Positions 9,161-21,868 of a stretch of 64,000 nt of DNA are shown here, piece after piece (positions within the stretch are counted from its first letter, which is position 1; every line of letters starts with the position of its first letter). Under the pieces are notes generated by a model. It did no database searches and was not told the DNA's origin. It was given only the letters and a program-made list of their open reading frames with translations. The DNA is from Puniceicoccaceae bacterium (GTDB lineage: Bacteria; Verrucomicrobiota; Verrucomicrobiia; Opitutales; Oceanipulchritudinaceae). Made by a program: the position numbers and the translations under genes. The stretch spans positions 1 to 64,000 of the forward strand of contig JBFOMH010000015.1 in the NCBI GenBank assembly GCA_040830765.1, written 5' to 3'.

Positions 9161-9937
9161 CTAAATCGAGGGATCAAACCAGTTCAGGGAAGCCCCAAGG
9201 GCGGCGACATCCCCGATGATAACCACCGCCGGCGCTCCCAGACCGGCTTCCCCGGCCCTCCAGGCAATGTCTTCCAGGCTGCCCCGGACCGAGCGCTGCT
9301 TCGGAGTCGTTCCCCACTGCACCACACAGGCCGCCGTCCCGGGATCCCGGCCCTCACTGATGAGGCGCCCGGTTATTTCCTCCAGTCGGCCCATCGACAT
9401 GTACAGGACTAGCGTCGCTCCGCTGCGGGCATGCCGCGCCCAGTCGACCATGCTCATTGCCTTGTCCGGCTTCTCATGGCCTGAAATAAAGGTCACCGCG
9501 CTGCTCCGCTCGCGATGGGTCAACGGAATCCCGCAATAGGCGGCACAACCCAATGCGGCTGTCACCGCCGGGATAACCTCGTAACGGATCCCGGCTGCCC
9601 GCAGCGCTTCCGCCTCCTCGCCTCCCCGGCCAAAAATAAAAGGATCGCCTCCTTTTAGGCGCACCACCTGCTTTCCCTCCCGCGCCAACTCGATTAGCAA
9701 CTCCTCAATCTTCTCCTGCTCCATGGAGTGGAATCCCGATCGCTTGCCGACATAATGGAGAACGCAGGTGGACTTCACCCAATCCTTCATCCCCTCGTCC
9801 ACCAGGTAATCAAAAACCAGGGCATCGCAGCTCTCAATCAATCGCTTTCCCTTGACCGTGATCAGATCCGGATCTCCCGGACCCGCACCGACCAGATAGA
9901 CTGTTCCTTCCCCTTCTTTCATCCGTTTCCATACCAT
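9161..9937 (-). CDS. cobA: Uroporphyrinogen-III C-methyltransferase
   Basis: [34 protein letters not shown] and IPLTHR. Confidence 0.95.
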   Translation of the reverse strand: MVWKRMKEGEGTVYLVGAGPGDPDLITVKGKRLIESCDALVFDYLVDEGMKDWVKSTCVLHYVGKRSGFHSMEQEKIEELLIELAREGKQVVRLKGGDPFIFGRGGEEAEALRAAGIRYEVIPAVTAALGCAAYCGIPLTHRERSSAVTFISGHEKPDKAMSMVDWARHARSGATLVLYMSMGRLEEITGRLISEGRDPGTAACVVQWGTTPKQRSVRGSLEDIAWRAGEAGLGAPAVVIIGDVAALGASLNWFDPSI

Positions 9938-10033
9938 TCATCCGGCCGGAACGCATTCTGTCCACCGCCCTTTTCGAGAATTCCCCTTGCCAATGCCCCA
10001 TTTTTAATCATTAGTATTCTGCCTAACATTGTT

Positions 10034-13232
<3,199 letters not shown>

Positions 13233-13245
13233 TGGCTGGCCTGAT

Positions 13246-13261
13246 TGGCACGGATGCTGCA
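13246..13261 (+). promoter_or_regulatory. Candidate sigma54 (-24/-12) promoter facing the ACP-dehydratase operon
   Basis: TGGCACGGATGCTGCA: exact TGGCACG, GG-N10-GC spacing, and one mismatch to TTGC. Confidence 0.5.
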
Positions 13262-13449
13262 TTTTCATGGAAACTTTTGTGGTTGGGATGTGGTTAAATC
13301 ACTCTGAAGCCCTGTCAACCCAATCAACTGGACCGAATAGCTGAAAAATTCAGTGTTTACAGACTCTCAAGCGGAACCTATCCCATCATCCTTCAAGTGA
13401 TGGAAGGGATTACCCGTTCCAACGCCCAAACTAACCAACCCGACTACAT

Positions 13450-14295
13450 ATGGCACTGACCCAAGCAAAGGAAGAAGAACTCCGGGAATCGCTCAAGCGC
13501 TGTCCGGAACGCACCATCGAGGCAGCCATCCAATTTTGTGAATCCAAGGACCCTGACCTGGTTCCGACCATCGTCATGGGGATTATCGAGCGATTTGTTG
13601 AACCCGAAGTCCGTCCCGTCCTCCGTGAGGAAAACGACCAAACCCGCCTTCTGGAGGACCTCGGGATCGATTCGCTCCTGATGGTCGAGATTGTTATTCT
13701 CGTCGAGGAAACCCTCGATATCCAGATCGAGAACGACGAGTTGCGCAACCTGCGGACACTGGGAGACATCAAGAACTACCTCGATGCGAAAATTAAGGGA
13801 CTTCCACTCCCGACCAACCGCAATGTCCTCACCTTCGAGGAGTTGGCTGCGGTGATGCCGCACCAGGCCCCCTTCCTCTTTCTCCACGAAGCGCGGATCA
13901 ATGGCACGGAAGCCGAGGGCAGTTACCGTATTTCCGGCGATGAGCCCTTCCTCGAAGGCCATTTCAAGGACAATCCGGTCTTCCCGGCCTCCCTCATGCT
14001 GGAGGCCCTCGGCCAGTTGGCGGTGCTCCTGATGCTGAAATCGGAGTCCTCTGCCTTCGGCGGGGAAGTCGATCCCTCGACCATTTTCTTCGTCTCCTGT
14101 GACGGCGTTCGTTGCCATAAGATGTGCAAACCGGAAGACGTCCTCCAGATGAAGGTCACCTTGAAGAAAATCCATGCCCCGCTGGCCCAGTTTGAAGGGA
14201 TTATTCTCAGCCATGGGTCAAAAGTGGCCAAGGCCGAGGAAATCTCCCTGACCTTCGGCCTGGCTAACGGCGAGGAATCACCCGAAACAACCTGA
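13450..14295 (+). CDS. Acyl carrier protein fused to a FabZ/FabA-type hot-dog dehydratase
   Basis: LGIDSLLMVEIV phosphopantetheine motif, then MPHQAPFLFL and FLEGHFKDNPVFPASLMLEALGQ (His/Glu dyad). Confidence 0.88.
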   Translation: MALTQAKEEELRESLKRCPERTIEAAIQFCESKDPDLVPTIVMGIIERFVEPEVRPVLREENDQTRLLEDLGIDSLLMVEIVILVEETLDIQIENDELRNLRTLGDIKNYLDAKIKGLPLPTNRNVLTFEELAAVMPHQAPFLFLHEARINGTEAEGSYRISGDEPFLEGHFKDNPVFPASLMLEALGQLAVLLMLKSESSAFGGEVDPSTIFFVSCDGVRCHKMCKPEDVLQMKVTLKKIHAPLAQFEGIILSHGSKVAKAEEISLTFGLANGEESPETT

Positions 14296-14322
14296 CAGCA
14301 ACCGGGCGGTTGCTCTTGAACC

Positions 14323-15582
14323 ATGCGAAACGTCGTTGTCACTGGCATTGGGCTTGTTACCTGCCTGGGAAACGACAAGGCTGAAGTGGGCGCAAAGCTG
14401 CGTTCCCTGCAGCACGGCTTTGTGGAATACCCCCCGTTTCTGGAGGACAAGAACATCCCCATCCGGGTAGCAGCCCCAATCCCCGGGTTCGAAACCAATT
14501 CCACCGACTCCGAGGACTGGACGTTTCCGGGTGACATCCGTTTTCGTCTCGAGCAGCTGCGCGGGCTCTCCCCCAACGCCCTCTATGCCCACTTTGCCCT
14601 GACCCGGGCAGTCAGCGATGCCGGCTTGTCGAGGGAGGACATCTCCGGGCCGCGTACGGGCCTCTACACGGCATCCTCCGGTTCGGCTGCCCTCACCCAT
14701 CATAATCTGGCCCGGATGAAGCGGGTCGGTCCCATGCGGTGTTCGCCACTCGGAATTGTTGCCTCCATTGCCGGGACCTTGAATTTCAATCTCGCCGCGG
14801 CCTATGCCATCAAGGGATCCACCTGCGGATTTGTCTCCGCCTGTGCCTCCAGTGGGCATGCCATGGGCTTTGCCTATGACGAAATTGCCCTCCGGCGGCA
14901 GGATCGGATGATCGTCGTCGGGGCGGAGGACTTCACCCTTGAGACAATCGTGCCCTTCGCCGGAATGCGGGTTCTTTCCGTCAATCCGGACCCGGATTCC
15001 GCCTCACGGCCGTTTGATCGCAACCGCGACGGGTTTGTCGGCACTGGCGGCGCCGTAGCGCTGGTCCTTGAGTCCGAGGAACTGGCCCGTGAACGGGGCG
15101 CTCCGATCTACGCCCGCTACGCGGGCTGGGGGCAGGCAACGGATGGTTATCATGTCGCCGCCTCCCACCCGGACGGAGAAGGCCTCGCCCGGGCCATGGA
15201 ACTGGCTCTTGCCTCCACCGGTTGGAGACCGCAGGAAGTCGATTATGTCAACGCCCACGCCACCTCCACCCAGGCGGGTGACGTCTCGGAGTGCCGCGCC
15301 TTGAAGTCGGTTTTCAAGGACGGGGCCTCGCCTGCTATCAGCAGCACTAAAGCCCTTACCGGGCACGCCCTCTCGCTTTCCAGTATCATGGAAGCCAGTT
15401 TCTGTCTGCTCGGTATGGCGGATGGATTCATGCCCGGGAGTGCCCATATAACCGAGCTCGATCCCGAGGCGGAGGGGCTCAACATCCTCCGGGAAACCCG
15501 CCAGGAGGCGCCCCTGCGGCTCCTTTCGAACAGCAGTGGATTCGGAGGAGTCAATGTCGTACTCGCATTTGAAAAGCCATGA
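14323..15582 (+). CDS. Beta-ketoacyl-ACP synthase, FabB/FabF family (FabB-like)
   Basis: SACASS (Cys), NAHATST (His), STKALTGH (Lys/His), SRPFD..RDGFV and GFGGVN. Confidence 0.92.
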   Translation: MRNVVVTGIGLVTCLGNDKAEVGAKLRSLQHGFVEYPPFLEDKNIPIRVAAPIPGFETNSTDSEDWTFPGDIRFRLEQLRGLSPNALYAHFALTRAVSDAGLSREDISGPRTGLYTASSGSAALTHHNLARMKRVGPMRCSPLGIVASIAGTLNFNLAAAYAIKGSTCGFVSACASSGHAMGFAYDEIALRRQDRMIVVGAEDFTLETIVPFAGMRVLSVNPDPDSASRPFDRNRDGFVGTGGAVALVLESEELARERGAPIYARYAGWGQATDGYHVAASHPDGEGLARAMELALASTGWRPQEVDYVNAHATSTQAGDVSECRALKSVFKDGASPAISSTKALTGHALSLSSIMEASFCLLGMADGFMPGSAHITELDPEAEGLNILRETRQEAPLRLLSNSSGFGGVNVVLAFEKP

Positions 15583-16757
15583 AGAGGCGGATCTTAGTCC
15601 TCACTTCCAGCACCGGGAGTGGCCACGATATGCGGGCCCGGGCTTTCGCCCAATGGATCCGCCAGGAATATGGGGACCAGATCGAGGTCAAGATCGAGCA
15701 AGTCATTGAAAACAGCTCCTGGCTGGGTCGCTTTGGGGTCTGGGTCTACAATACCATCCAGCAGCACGCCCCTGTCCTCCACAATATCTACTTCCATATC
15801 GTCGAGCTCTTCATCTTCACCCACAAGGGCAAGGTCAGTTTTGGGGGGCGCTACTACCGGAATCTTCTCCAGGAGTTCCAGCCCGACACCATTCTCAGCG
15901 TGCACGACTCAACCAACAGGGGCTATTTTGAGGATGCCAAGCGCTTGCTCGGGACGCATGTCCGCTGTGTCACCTATTGCGGAGAATTTTCAGGCGGCTA
16001 TGGATTCAGCCGGAACTGGATTTGCCAAGCTGCGGATCTCTTTATCGCCCGGACCCACCCGACCCGGAATTTCGCCGTCCATCTCGGTCTTTCCCAGGAG
16101 CAGACCGCCGTCTTTCACAAATTCCTTCCCCCGGCATCCTTTGAGGAACCGGCAAATGACCTGGAAAACGTCCGTTACCTGGAACAACTGGGCCTGGATC
16201 CGAAAAAATTCACGGTTTTCCTCGCCACTGGTGGCTACGGGGCCAACCACCACCTCGATTTTCTCAAGGCCATGCTTCCACTGGCGGACCGCGTGCAGGC
16301 CATTGTCATTTGTGGGCGCAATCAGAAGATCTTTGAGAAAGTCAGTCAATGGGTCGCTGAAAACGACCAATTGACCGCTTATATAGAGGGATACAGCGAC
16401 CAAGTAGCCACTTTCATGCAGATCAGCGATGCCATCGTTACCCGGGGAGGCGCCAATACCACCATGGAAGCCCTCCACTTCGGCTGCCCCCTGCTTTACA
16501 ATTCCCTGGGCGGCCTCATGCCCCAGGAACGCTGCACAGTCCGCTATTTCCTCGAACGCGGCGCTGCCAGCATGATTGACCGGTCCCGTGACCTGACCCG
16601 GGTCCTTGAGGAATGGTCCACCTTCGGGGAAACTTACAAACGCATCAAAAGCAATCTCGATGAACTCCATTATGAAGAGGATCCCCGGGAATTGCTGGCC
16701 CTGATCCTCGGGGAATCCCCAAAGGACGAAAGCCTTCCCGAATCGACCGCCTGTTAA
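15579..16757 (+). CDS. GT28 UgtP/MGDG-synthase-like diacylglycerol glycosyltransferase
   Basis: STGSGH, ICGRN, FMQISDAIVTRGGANTTMEAL and PQE motifs; ATGA overlap with the ketosynthase. Confidence 0.82.
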   Translation: MKRRILVLTSSTGSGHDMRARAFAQWIRQEYGDQIEVKIEQVIENSSWLGRFGVWVYNTIQQHAPVLHNIYFHIVELFIFTHKGKVSFGGRYYRNLLQEFQPDTILSVHDSTNRGYFEDAKRLLGTHVRCVTYCGEFSGGYGFSRNWICQAADLFIARTHPTRNFAVHLGLSQEQTAVFHKFLPPASFEEPANDLENVRYLEQLGLDPKKFTVFLATGGYGANHHLDFLKAMLPLADRVQAIVICGRNQKIFEKVSQWVAENDQLTAYIEGYSDQVATFMQISDAIVTRGGANTTMEALHFGCPLLYNSLGGLMPQERCTVRYFLERGAASMIDRSRDLTRVLEEWSTFGETYKRIKSNLDELHYEEDPRELLALILGESPKDESLPESTAC

Positions 16758-16802
16758 AGGATTGAGGTTTGCAACTTTGCCGGAACTGATTTGTTTTAAG
16801 GC

Positions 16803-17255
16803 ATGACTATGTACTCATGCTGTTCTCGCGCTAAGAAGATTCATGGAAGCCGGATTCGCTCCGGTTTCTCACTGGTCGAAATGCTCATCGTCATTGCCCT
16901 GATCGCCATTGTCGGGACCCTGTTGATCGGGCGTATTGGCAATCTCTTTGGCGGAGCCCAGGAGGATGTTGCCAAACAGTTTGTCGATAATGCCCTCAAG
17001 GCTCCCTTGCTCAAGTATCGCATTGATACCGGTTCCTATCCGACCGCCGAGGATGGCGGATTACTGGCCCTCCTGAATGAACCCGCCAGCAAGGCCGGCA
17101 AATGGAAAGGTCCCTACATTGAGAAATTACCCGAGGACCCATGGGGCAATCCCTACCAGTACAAGTACCCAGGCACCAAGAATCCGGACGGTTATGATCT
17201 TTGGTCACTCGGACCAGACTCGCAGGCCGAGGATGACAATATAGGAAACTGGTAA
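16803..17255 (+). CDS. gspG: Type II secretion major pseudopilin
   Basis: G|FSLVE prepilin site, YRIDTGSYP, WKGPY, DPWGNPYQY..PG and DLWSLGPD...DNIGNW. Confidence 0.93.
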   Translation: MTMYSCCSRAKKIHGSRIRSGFSLVEMLIVIALIAIVGTLLIGRIGNLFGGAQEDVAKQFVDNALKAPLLKYRIDTGSYPTAEDGGLLALLNEPASKAGKWKGPYIEKLPEDPWGNPYQYKYPGTKNPDGYDLWSLGPDSQAEDDNIGNW

Positions 17256-17259
17256 CATC

Positions 17260-17748
17260 GTGCGGCGTGGATTTACCCTCATTGAGTTGATTCTTGTAAT
17301 CGCCCTCATTGCGTTGGTGGGCGGGTTGATGGTCGTTAATGGACAGGCCATCCTCAAGGGTCTCGGTGAGGAGCCTGTCGACCGCATCCTGCAGAACGCC
17401 GTCCGCGAGGCTCGCTACCAGGCAGCCTCCCTCAAGGAACAGGCCTTCCTTTATTATGATGAAGAGAACGGTTTTCTTCGGGTTAACTCGAGTACGGGCC
17501 GCGAGCTGGCCTCGTTCCTGACCACCGAAGGTGACGACTTTCCGGAAATCGAGTTTGAGCAAATCCTTCCGGCCCGGGGCCTCGATCGCTTTGGCAGGAG
17601 CGACACCGTCCCCATCGATTTGATTGTCTTCCGGCCCGACCGTTCATCAACGCCATTCCAGGTCATCATCAGCGAGGGTCCCCGGTCATTTACGCTTCGC
17701 TACGATCCCTTTTCAGCCATTGTCATCGATGACTCCCGTAATCCATAA
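17260..17748 (+). CDS. Minor pseudopilin, GspH/FimT-like
   Basis: RRG|FTLIELILV; position directly after gspG. Confidence 0.75.
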   Translation: MRRGFTLIELILVIALIALVGGLMVVNGQAILKGLGEEPVDRILQNAVREARYQAASLKEQAFLYYDEENGFLRVNSSTGRELASFLTTEGDDFPEIEFEQILPARGLDRFGRSDTVPIDLIVFRPDRSSTPFQVIISEGPRSFTLRYDPFSAIVIDDSRNP

Positions 17749-18202
17749 GCCTTCCCAGAGTTCGGGATTTTCCCTCATCGAGGTGGTCATCGCGGTCTCC
17801 CTGGCCGGCATTGCCTTCTTTGTTCTCACCCAGACTTTTTTCAACGTCCTCCTGACCCTGGAAAGCCTCGAATCGCAGTCCGACTACCAAAAGGACGTGC
17901 GCTTCGTCCGTCGGGAAATCATTCAGATCGCGGACCGTGATGACCTGGAACAAGGTGGGGAAATCACTACCCTGGATCTTGGCCAGGCCAGCTGGCTGGT
18001 GGAAATCGAGGAAACCGAAATTGTCGACCTCTTCAAGGTCATGCTGGAGATAGAGTTTGAAAATCCTGAAGGTGAACCGATCGAGTATCAGGAAGTCCTC
18101 TACCTGATGCGACCCACCTGGAGCGATCCCATCGAAAGCTCAGCCATTCTGTCCGAAGTCAGGGACGCCATTCTCGAGGAAAACCTCAGGCGCGATTGGT
18201 AA
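17729..18202 (+). CDS. Minor pseudopilin, GspI-like (start re-called at MTPVIH)
   Basis: SG|FSLIEVVIA prepilin motif and gene order. Confidence 0.72.
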   Translation: MTPVIHKPSQSSGFSLIEVVIAVSLAGIAFFVLTQTFFNVLLTLESLESQSDYQKDVRFVRREIIQIADRDDLEQGGEITTLDLGQASWLVEIEETEIVDLFKVMLEIEFENPEGEPIEYQEVLYLMRPTWSDPIESSAILSEVRDAILEENLRRDW

Positions 18203-18206
18203 CGTC

Positions 18207-18875
18207 ATGAAAACCTCATCACAGGAACGTCGGGGCCTGACCCTGGTCGAGATGATTGTCAGCATAGCCATCATTGGCACCTCTATGGCTGTGCTCTCTT
18301 TCCATCTTGTGGGCTTGAGCAACCTCTGGCTCAACCGGACAGACGATGACTTTTTCGAACAGCATGTTGATGGGGTGATTCTTTTCCTGAACAATGCCCT
18401 CGAAGCTTCCGAGGGAGCATCCGGGGGAGCCGGCGGAGGAGAGCCACCGGTCCAATGGGCCCGTCCCCCGGGCTTCAGCGAAATGGATGATCCCCTGCTC
18501 TATTTTCAGCAGGCGGAAGCCCCGGCCCTCTTTGTCCGTGAAGGCCAGTCCCTTCCAGCCGTCCAGGCCTACATCCATTTTGATGATCGGGAGGGCCTTT
18601 CCATTCTCTGGTACTCGATCCTCGATGCGGAGGACATTGAAGATGAAGCCGACCTTCGCAGGACATCCATTTCCGAGTACGTGTCAGGAATGGACTACGC
18701 CTACTACGAATTTGAGGATGACGAGTGGGAATTGACCGATGAGCCGATGGAAGACGATGATGGCAATTTCCGGCTTCCTGATTTCCTGAAATTTACCTTC
18801 ACTCACCCCGATGAAGGTGATAGGGTGCGCTCCGTACTGGTACCACATGGTTCAACAGAAATCCCCCTTTTCTGA
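18207..18875 (+). CDS. Minor pseudopilin, GspJ-like
   Basis: RRG|LTLVEMIV and gene order. Confidence 0.72.
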   Translation: MKTSSQERRGLTLVEMIVSIAIIGTSMAVLSFHLVGLSNLWLNRTDDDFFEQHVDGVILFLNNALEASEGASGGAGGGEPPVQWARPPGFSEMDDPLLYFQQAEAPALFVREGQSLPAVQAYIHFDDREGLSILWYSILDAEDIEDEADLRRTSISEYVSGMDYAYYEFEDDEWELTDEPMEDDDGNFRLPDFLKFTFTHPDEGDRVRSVLVPHGSTEIPLF

Positions 18876-18877
18876 CC

Positions 18878-20011
18878 ATGGCACATCAATCAATATTCCA
18901 GCCAAACAGAAAACGGGGCTCAATCATTGTCCTCGTCCTGGTTTTCATTGTCCTGCTCACATTTATCGTGGTCGCCTTTCTTGAGGAGGCGACAGCCCGC
19001 ATCAAGTACTACGGCCTCTTTCACAACCGGGACGACCTCCGGACGGATGCCTATTCCGCCCTTGAGATAACCCTCGCCGTCATCAACCAGTACCGGGAGG
19101 TGGAAGGCGCTCTCTGGGGGCCTACCCAGGGATGGGGCAATCCGCTTGAGAAATCCGATTTCCAGCCCGCCCATGCCGCGGCAGTCCGGATCAGCTTCGA
19201 GGATGAAAGTGGCAAGCTCCCGCTGCAGACACTCGATTACAGTACCCTCCTGATCCTCTTTGATGTCCTCGATTTCGACCTTCCCGATGCCCAATCGCTT
19301 GCCGATGGTCTCCTCGACTGGATGGACGAGGACGACCTGAGACGGCTGAACGGGTTTGATGGTGATGACTACGATGACAAGGACCCGCCTTACCGGCCCT
19401 CGAATTCGGCCATTGTATCATGGGATGAATTCAAGCTCATTGAGCCGTTCGATACCCTCTTCTGGGACGAGGAAGGTCGTCCGACAGCGGCATGGGACCG
19501 GTTCAAGTCCTCCGTCTCGCTCTACCATACGGGGGCCATCAACGTTAACCAGGCCAACTCGACGGTCCAGGAAGTGCTGATGGAGAAGGGCGTGCTCGAC
19601 TCGCGCTCCTTTGCCTATTTCAAAAATGGTTCCGATGGCGTTCCTGGAACCGAGGATGACCGGCTCTTCCGCATGGGACAAGGAAATGACGGCATTTTAC
19701 CCGGAGAGGGAAGTGAAGTCACCGACAGTATCGAACTCCTGCGGATCAGCGTCGAGGCAATCCGGGGAGAAGCCCGCTTCCTGCTCCAGGCCCTGGTTAC
19801 CTGGTCCGGCTCCAATCCCGGTGCGGCCGACACAACCACTCCGGAACAGACCGAGGGCGAGGATACCGATGAAGTCGTCGACAGCGATCCCGGTACCGCC
19901 GAGGAGGAACGGGTTAGGGCGCGTGGCAAAACCCGTACGGCCCCGGCTGCATCCGCCAAATTGGGTTATCCCTTCCGCTTTGTCCGTATCACTGAGAACC
20001 GTAATTTTTAA
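18878..20011 (+). CDS. gspK: Type II secretion protein K
   Basis: KRG|SIIVL (no Glu5), DESGKL, LLDWMDEDD and INVNQA motifs. Confidence 0.85.
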   Translation: MAHQSIFQPNRKRGSIIVLVLVFIVLLTFIVVAFLEEATARIKYYGLFHNRDDLRTDAYSALEITLAVINQYREVEGALWGPTQGWGNPLEKSDFQPAHAAAVRISFEDESGKLPLQTLDYSTLLILFDVLDFDLPDAQSLADGLLDWMDEDDLRRLNGFDGDDYDDKDPPYRPSNSAIVSWDEFKLIEPFDTLFWDEEGRPTAAWDRFKSSVSLYHTGAINVNQANSTVQEVLMEKGVLDSRSFAYFKNGSDGVPGTEDDRLFRMGQGNDGILPGEGSEVTDSIELLRISVEAIRGEARFLLQALVTWSGSNPGAADTTTPEQTEGEDTDEVVDSDPGTAEEERVRARGKTRTAPAASAKLGYPFRFVRITENRNF

Positions 20012-20059
20012 TCGACACCTTTTTACCGCTGACCGTTTAATAGAGCCCTTCCGCCCGTC

Positions 20060-21319
20060 ATGAGCCAAATCACCAACCAGAAGTCAAAACTGCTGGCCCG
20101 CCTGCAGGAGAAAATCCCCGAACAGAAAGTCGGCCTGGTTCCCGGTGATGCCTTTTTCACCCGCAAAATCGATCTCCCGGAAGGCATTCCCGAAGCAGAC
20201 CGGATGGCCTTCATCCAGCTCAACCTGGAAGGCAACTCACCCTTCCCGATGGAGCAGTTGGCCTGGGGATTTCTGGAGCATCCTCAAGCCGGTTTCGCCT
20301 ATGCCTATGCTTCGCCTAAGGCCCGCCTCAAGCGTCTGGAAATAGATCAGCTGGAAAAATACCACCAGCTCTTCCCGGGTTTTATAACCCTTTATGGCGA
20401 CCTCGTTGAAAAACCCACGGTCCGCTTTATCTCCCAATGCGGAGTCTTGTCCGCCCTCTTCCTCGTCCCCGGGCACCCGGTCCCGGAAAAGATAGTTTCC
20501 CGCCGCATTGCCGGCGAACTCTTGACCGATGACATCCAGCTGGAAGCCCGGCAGTTGCTCCTCGCTGGTCTTCAGATGGATGCGTTTGAACCCGAGGACG
20601 GCCTCTGGCTGGGGGAAGGTGTGGACATCCTTGCCAGCGGTGCCCTCGCCTTCCGCCATCGACATGTCAGTAAAGGTGAGTCCATGGGGCTCAAGTTGCA
20701 TGAGCTCAACCTCAACGAGCACACGCTCTGGAACAGCGACCTGCGCGATGAGGGATATGCGGCCAAGGAAGGCCAGGTCCGGCAACGGAGCAAATTGATT
20801 TGGAAAAGCGTCCAGGTCGGCGGCTGGACCGCTATCCTGCTGGTCATCCTGCAGCTCCTGACCCTCGGTCTTTCGGGCTTCAATTTGTTGCGGGAAAAGA
20901 AAATCAACCAATTGGAACCGGATGCTGTCCGCGTTGAGAACAAAATCACTCTCGCCACCCGCCTGACCCAATCCACCGAGGAGGATATCAAGCCCTTCCT
21001 CCTGATGGAATCCATCAACCCCCTCCGCCCGAACTCCATCTACTTTGACAAGGTTCGTTCCAGTGCCTTCAACGAACTGGAAATCGAGGGGAATTCAACC
21101 GACGGGGTCACTCCCGTTAATGCCTTCTCCGATTCCATCAGCCAGCTGCCTTTTGTCAGCGCGGTGGAGAATAATTCCCAGACCCGCAACAACCAGACCA
21201 GTTTCGAATTGGTCATCACTTTTTCGGCCATGCCACCAGCTCCGGAAGGCGGCTTTATAATGCCGGAGGAGTCCTCCGGGGAGGAAACAGACACCGAAAA
21301 TCCCGATGAGAACGGCTGA
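20060..21319 (+). CDS. T2SS assembly-platform protein, GspL/PilM-PilN-like
   Basis: Cytoplasmic N-domain (SPFPMEQLAWG), one TM helix, periplasmic domain; lies between gspK and the M-like gene. Confidence 0.6.
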   Translation: MSQITNQKSKLLARLQEKIPEQKVGLVPGDAFFTRKIDLPEGIPEADRMAFIQLNLEGNSPFPMEQLAWGFLEHPQAGFAYAYASPKARLKRLEIDQLEKYHQLFPGFITLYGDLVEKPTVRFISQCGVLSALFLVPGHPVPEKIVSRRIAGELLTDDIQLEARQLLLAGLQMDAFEPEDGLWLGEGVDILASGALAFRHRHVSKGESMGLKLHELNLNEHTLWNSDLRDEGYAAKEGQVRQRSKLIWKSVQVGGWTAILLVILQLLTLGLSGFNLLREKKINQLEPDAVRVENKITLATRLTQSTEEDIKPFLLMESINPLRPNSIYFDKVRSSAFNELEIEGNSTDGVTPVNAFSDSISQLPFVSAVENNSQTRNNQTSFELVITFSAMPPAPEGGFIMPEESSGEETDTENPDENG

Positions 21320-21322
21320 GCC

Positions 21323-21868
21323 ATGATGATTCGTCAATTATTCAATGCCTTGTCTCTCCGGGAGCGCTACCTGATGGCCCTCTTCATCTGGGCGCTGCTA
21401 CTCCTCTGGTTGCTATACCTTGTCGAAGGTTTCCAGAAGACATGGTCCACCTTCTCCCTCAATAACCAGGTCCTGGATGCCTATGTGACAACCATCGGCC
21501 AGGCCGAGGAAGCACAGTTACTCCTCACCGCGGCCCGCCAGGGTCTGGACAGCAACAAGACCTTCTCGTCCGCCCAACTGGTTGGTCGCCTGGACTCCCT
21601 GGCCCGGGAGAATGAGGTCACCAGCTTTGACATCAGCACGCCCTCCACCATTGAGAGCCAGCTGTTCAGTTTCCACAATGTCCGCCTGTCGATCAAGCGG
21701 GCCCGCATCAACGAGCTGATCCGTTTCGACCAGGCGGTCAAGGCCTACACTCCTTATATTGCCCTGGGCGACTTCCAGGTAACCGCCAACAAGCGGGATC
21801 CGCGCTTTCTCGATGCATCCTTTGAACTCGTATCCTTTGAATTGAAAGAAGAGGCCCTGAATGAATAA
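21323..21868 (+). CDS. T2SS protein, GspM-like
   Basis: LSLRER followed by a TM helix at the N-terminus; gene order. Confidence 0.65.
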   Translation: MMIRQLFNALSLRERYLMALFIWALLLLWLLYLVEGFQKTWSTFSLNNQVLDAYVTTIGQAEEAQLLLTAARQGLDSNKTFSSAQLVGRLDSLARENEVTSFDISTPSTIESQLFSFHNVRLSIKRARINELIRFDQAVKAYTPYIALGDFQVTANKRDPRFLDASFELVSFELKEEALNE

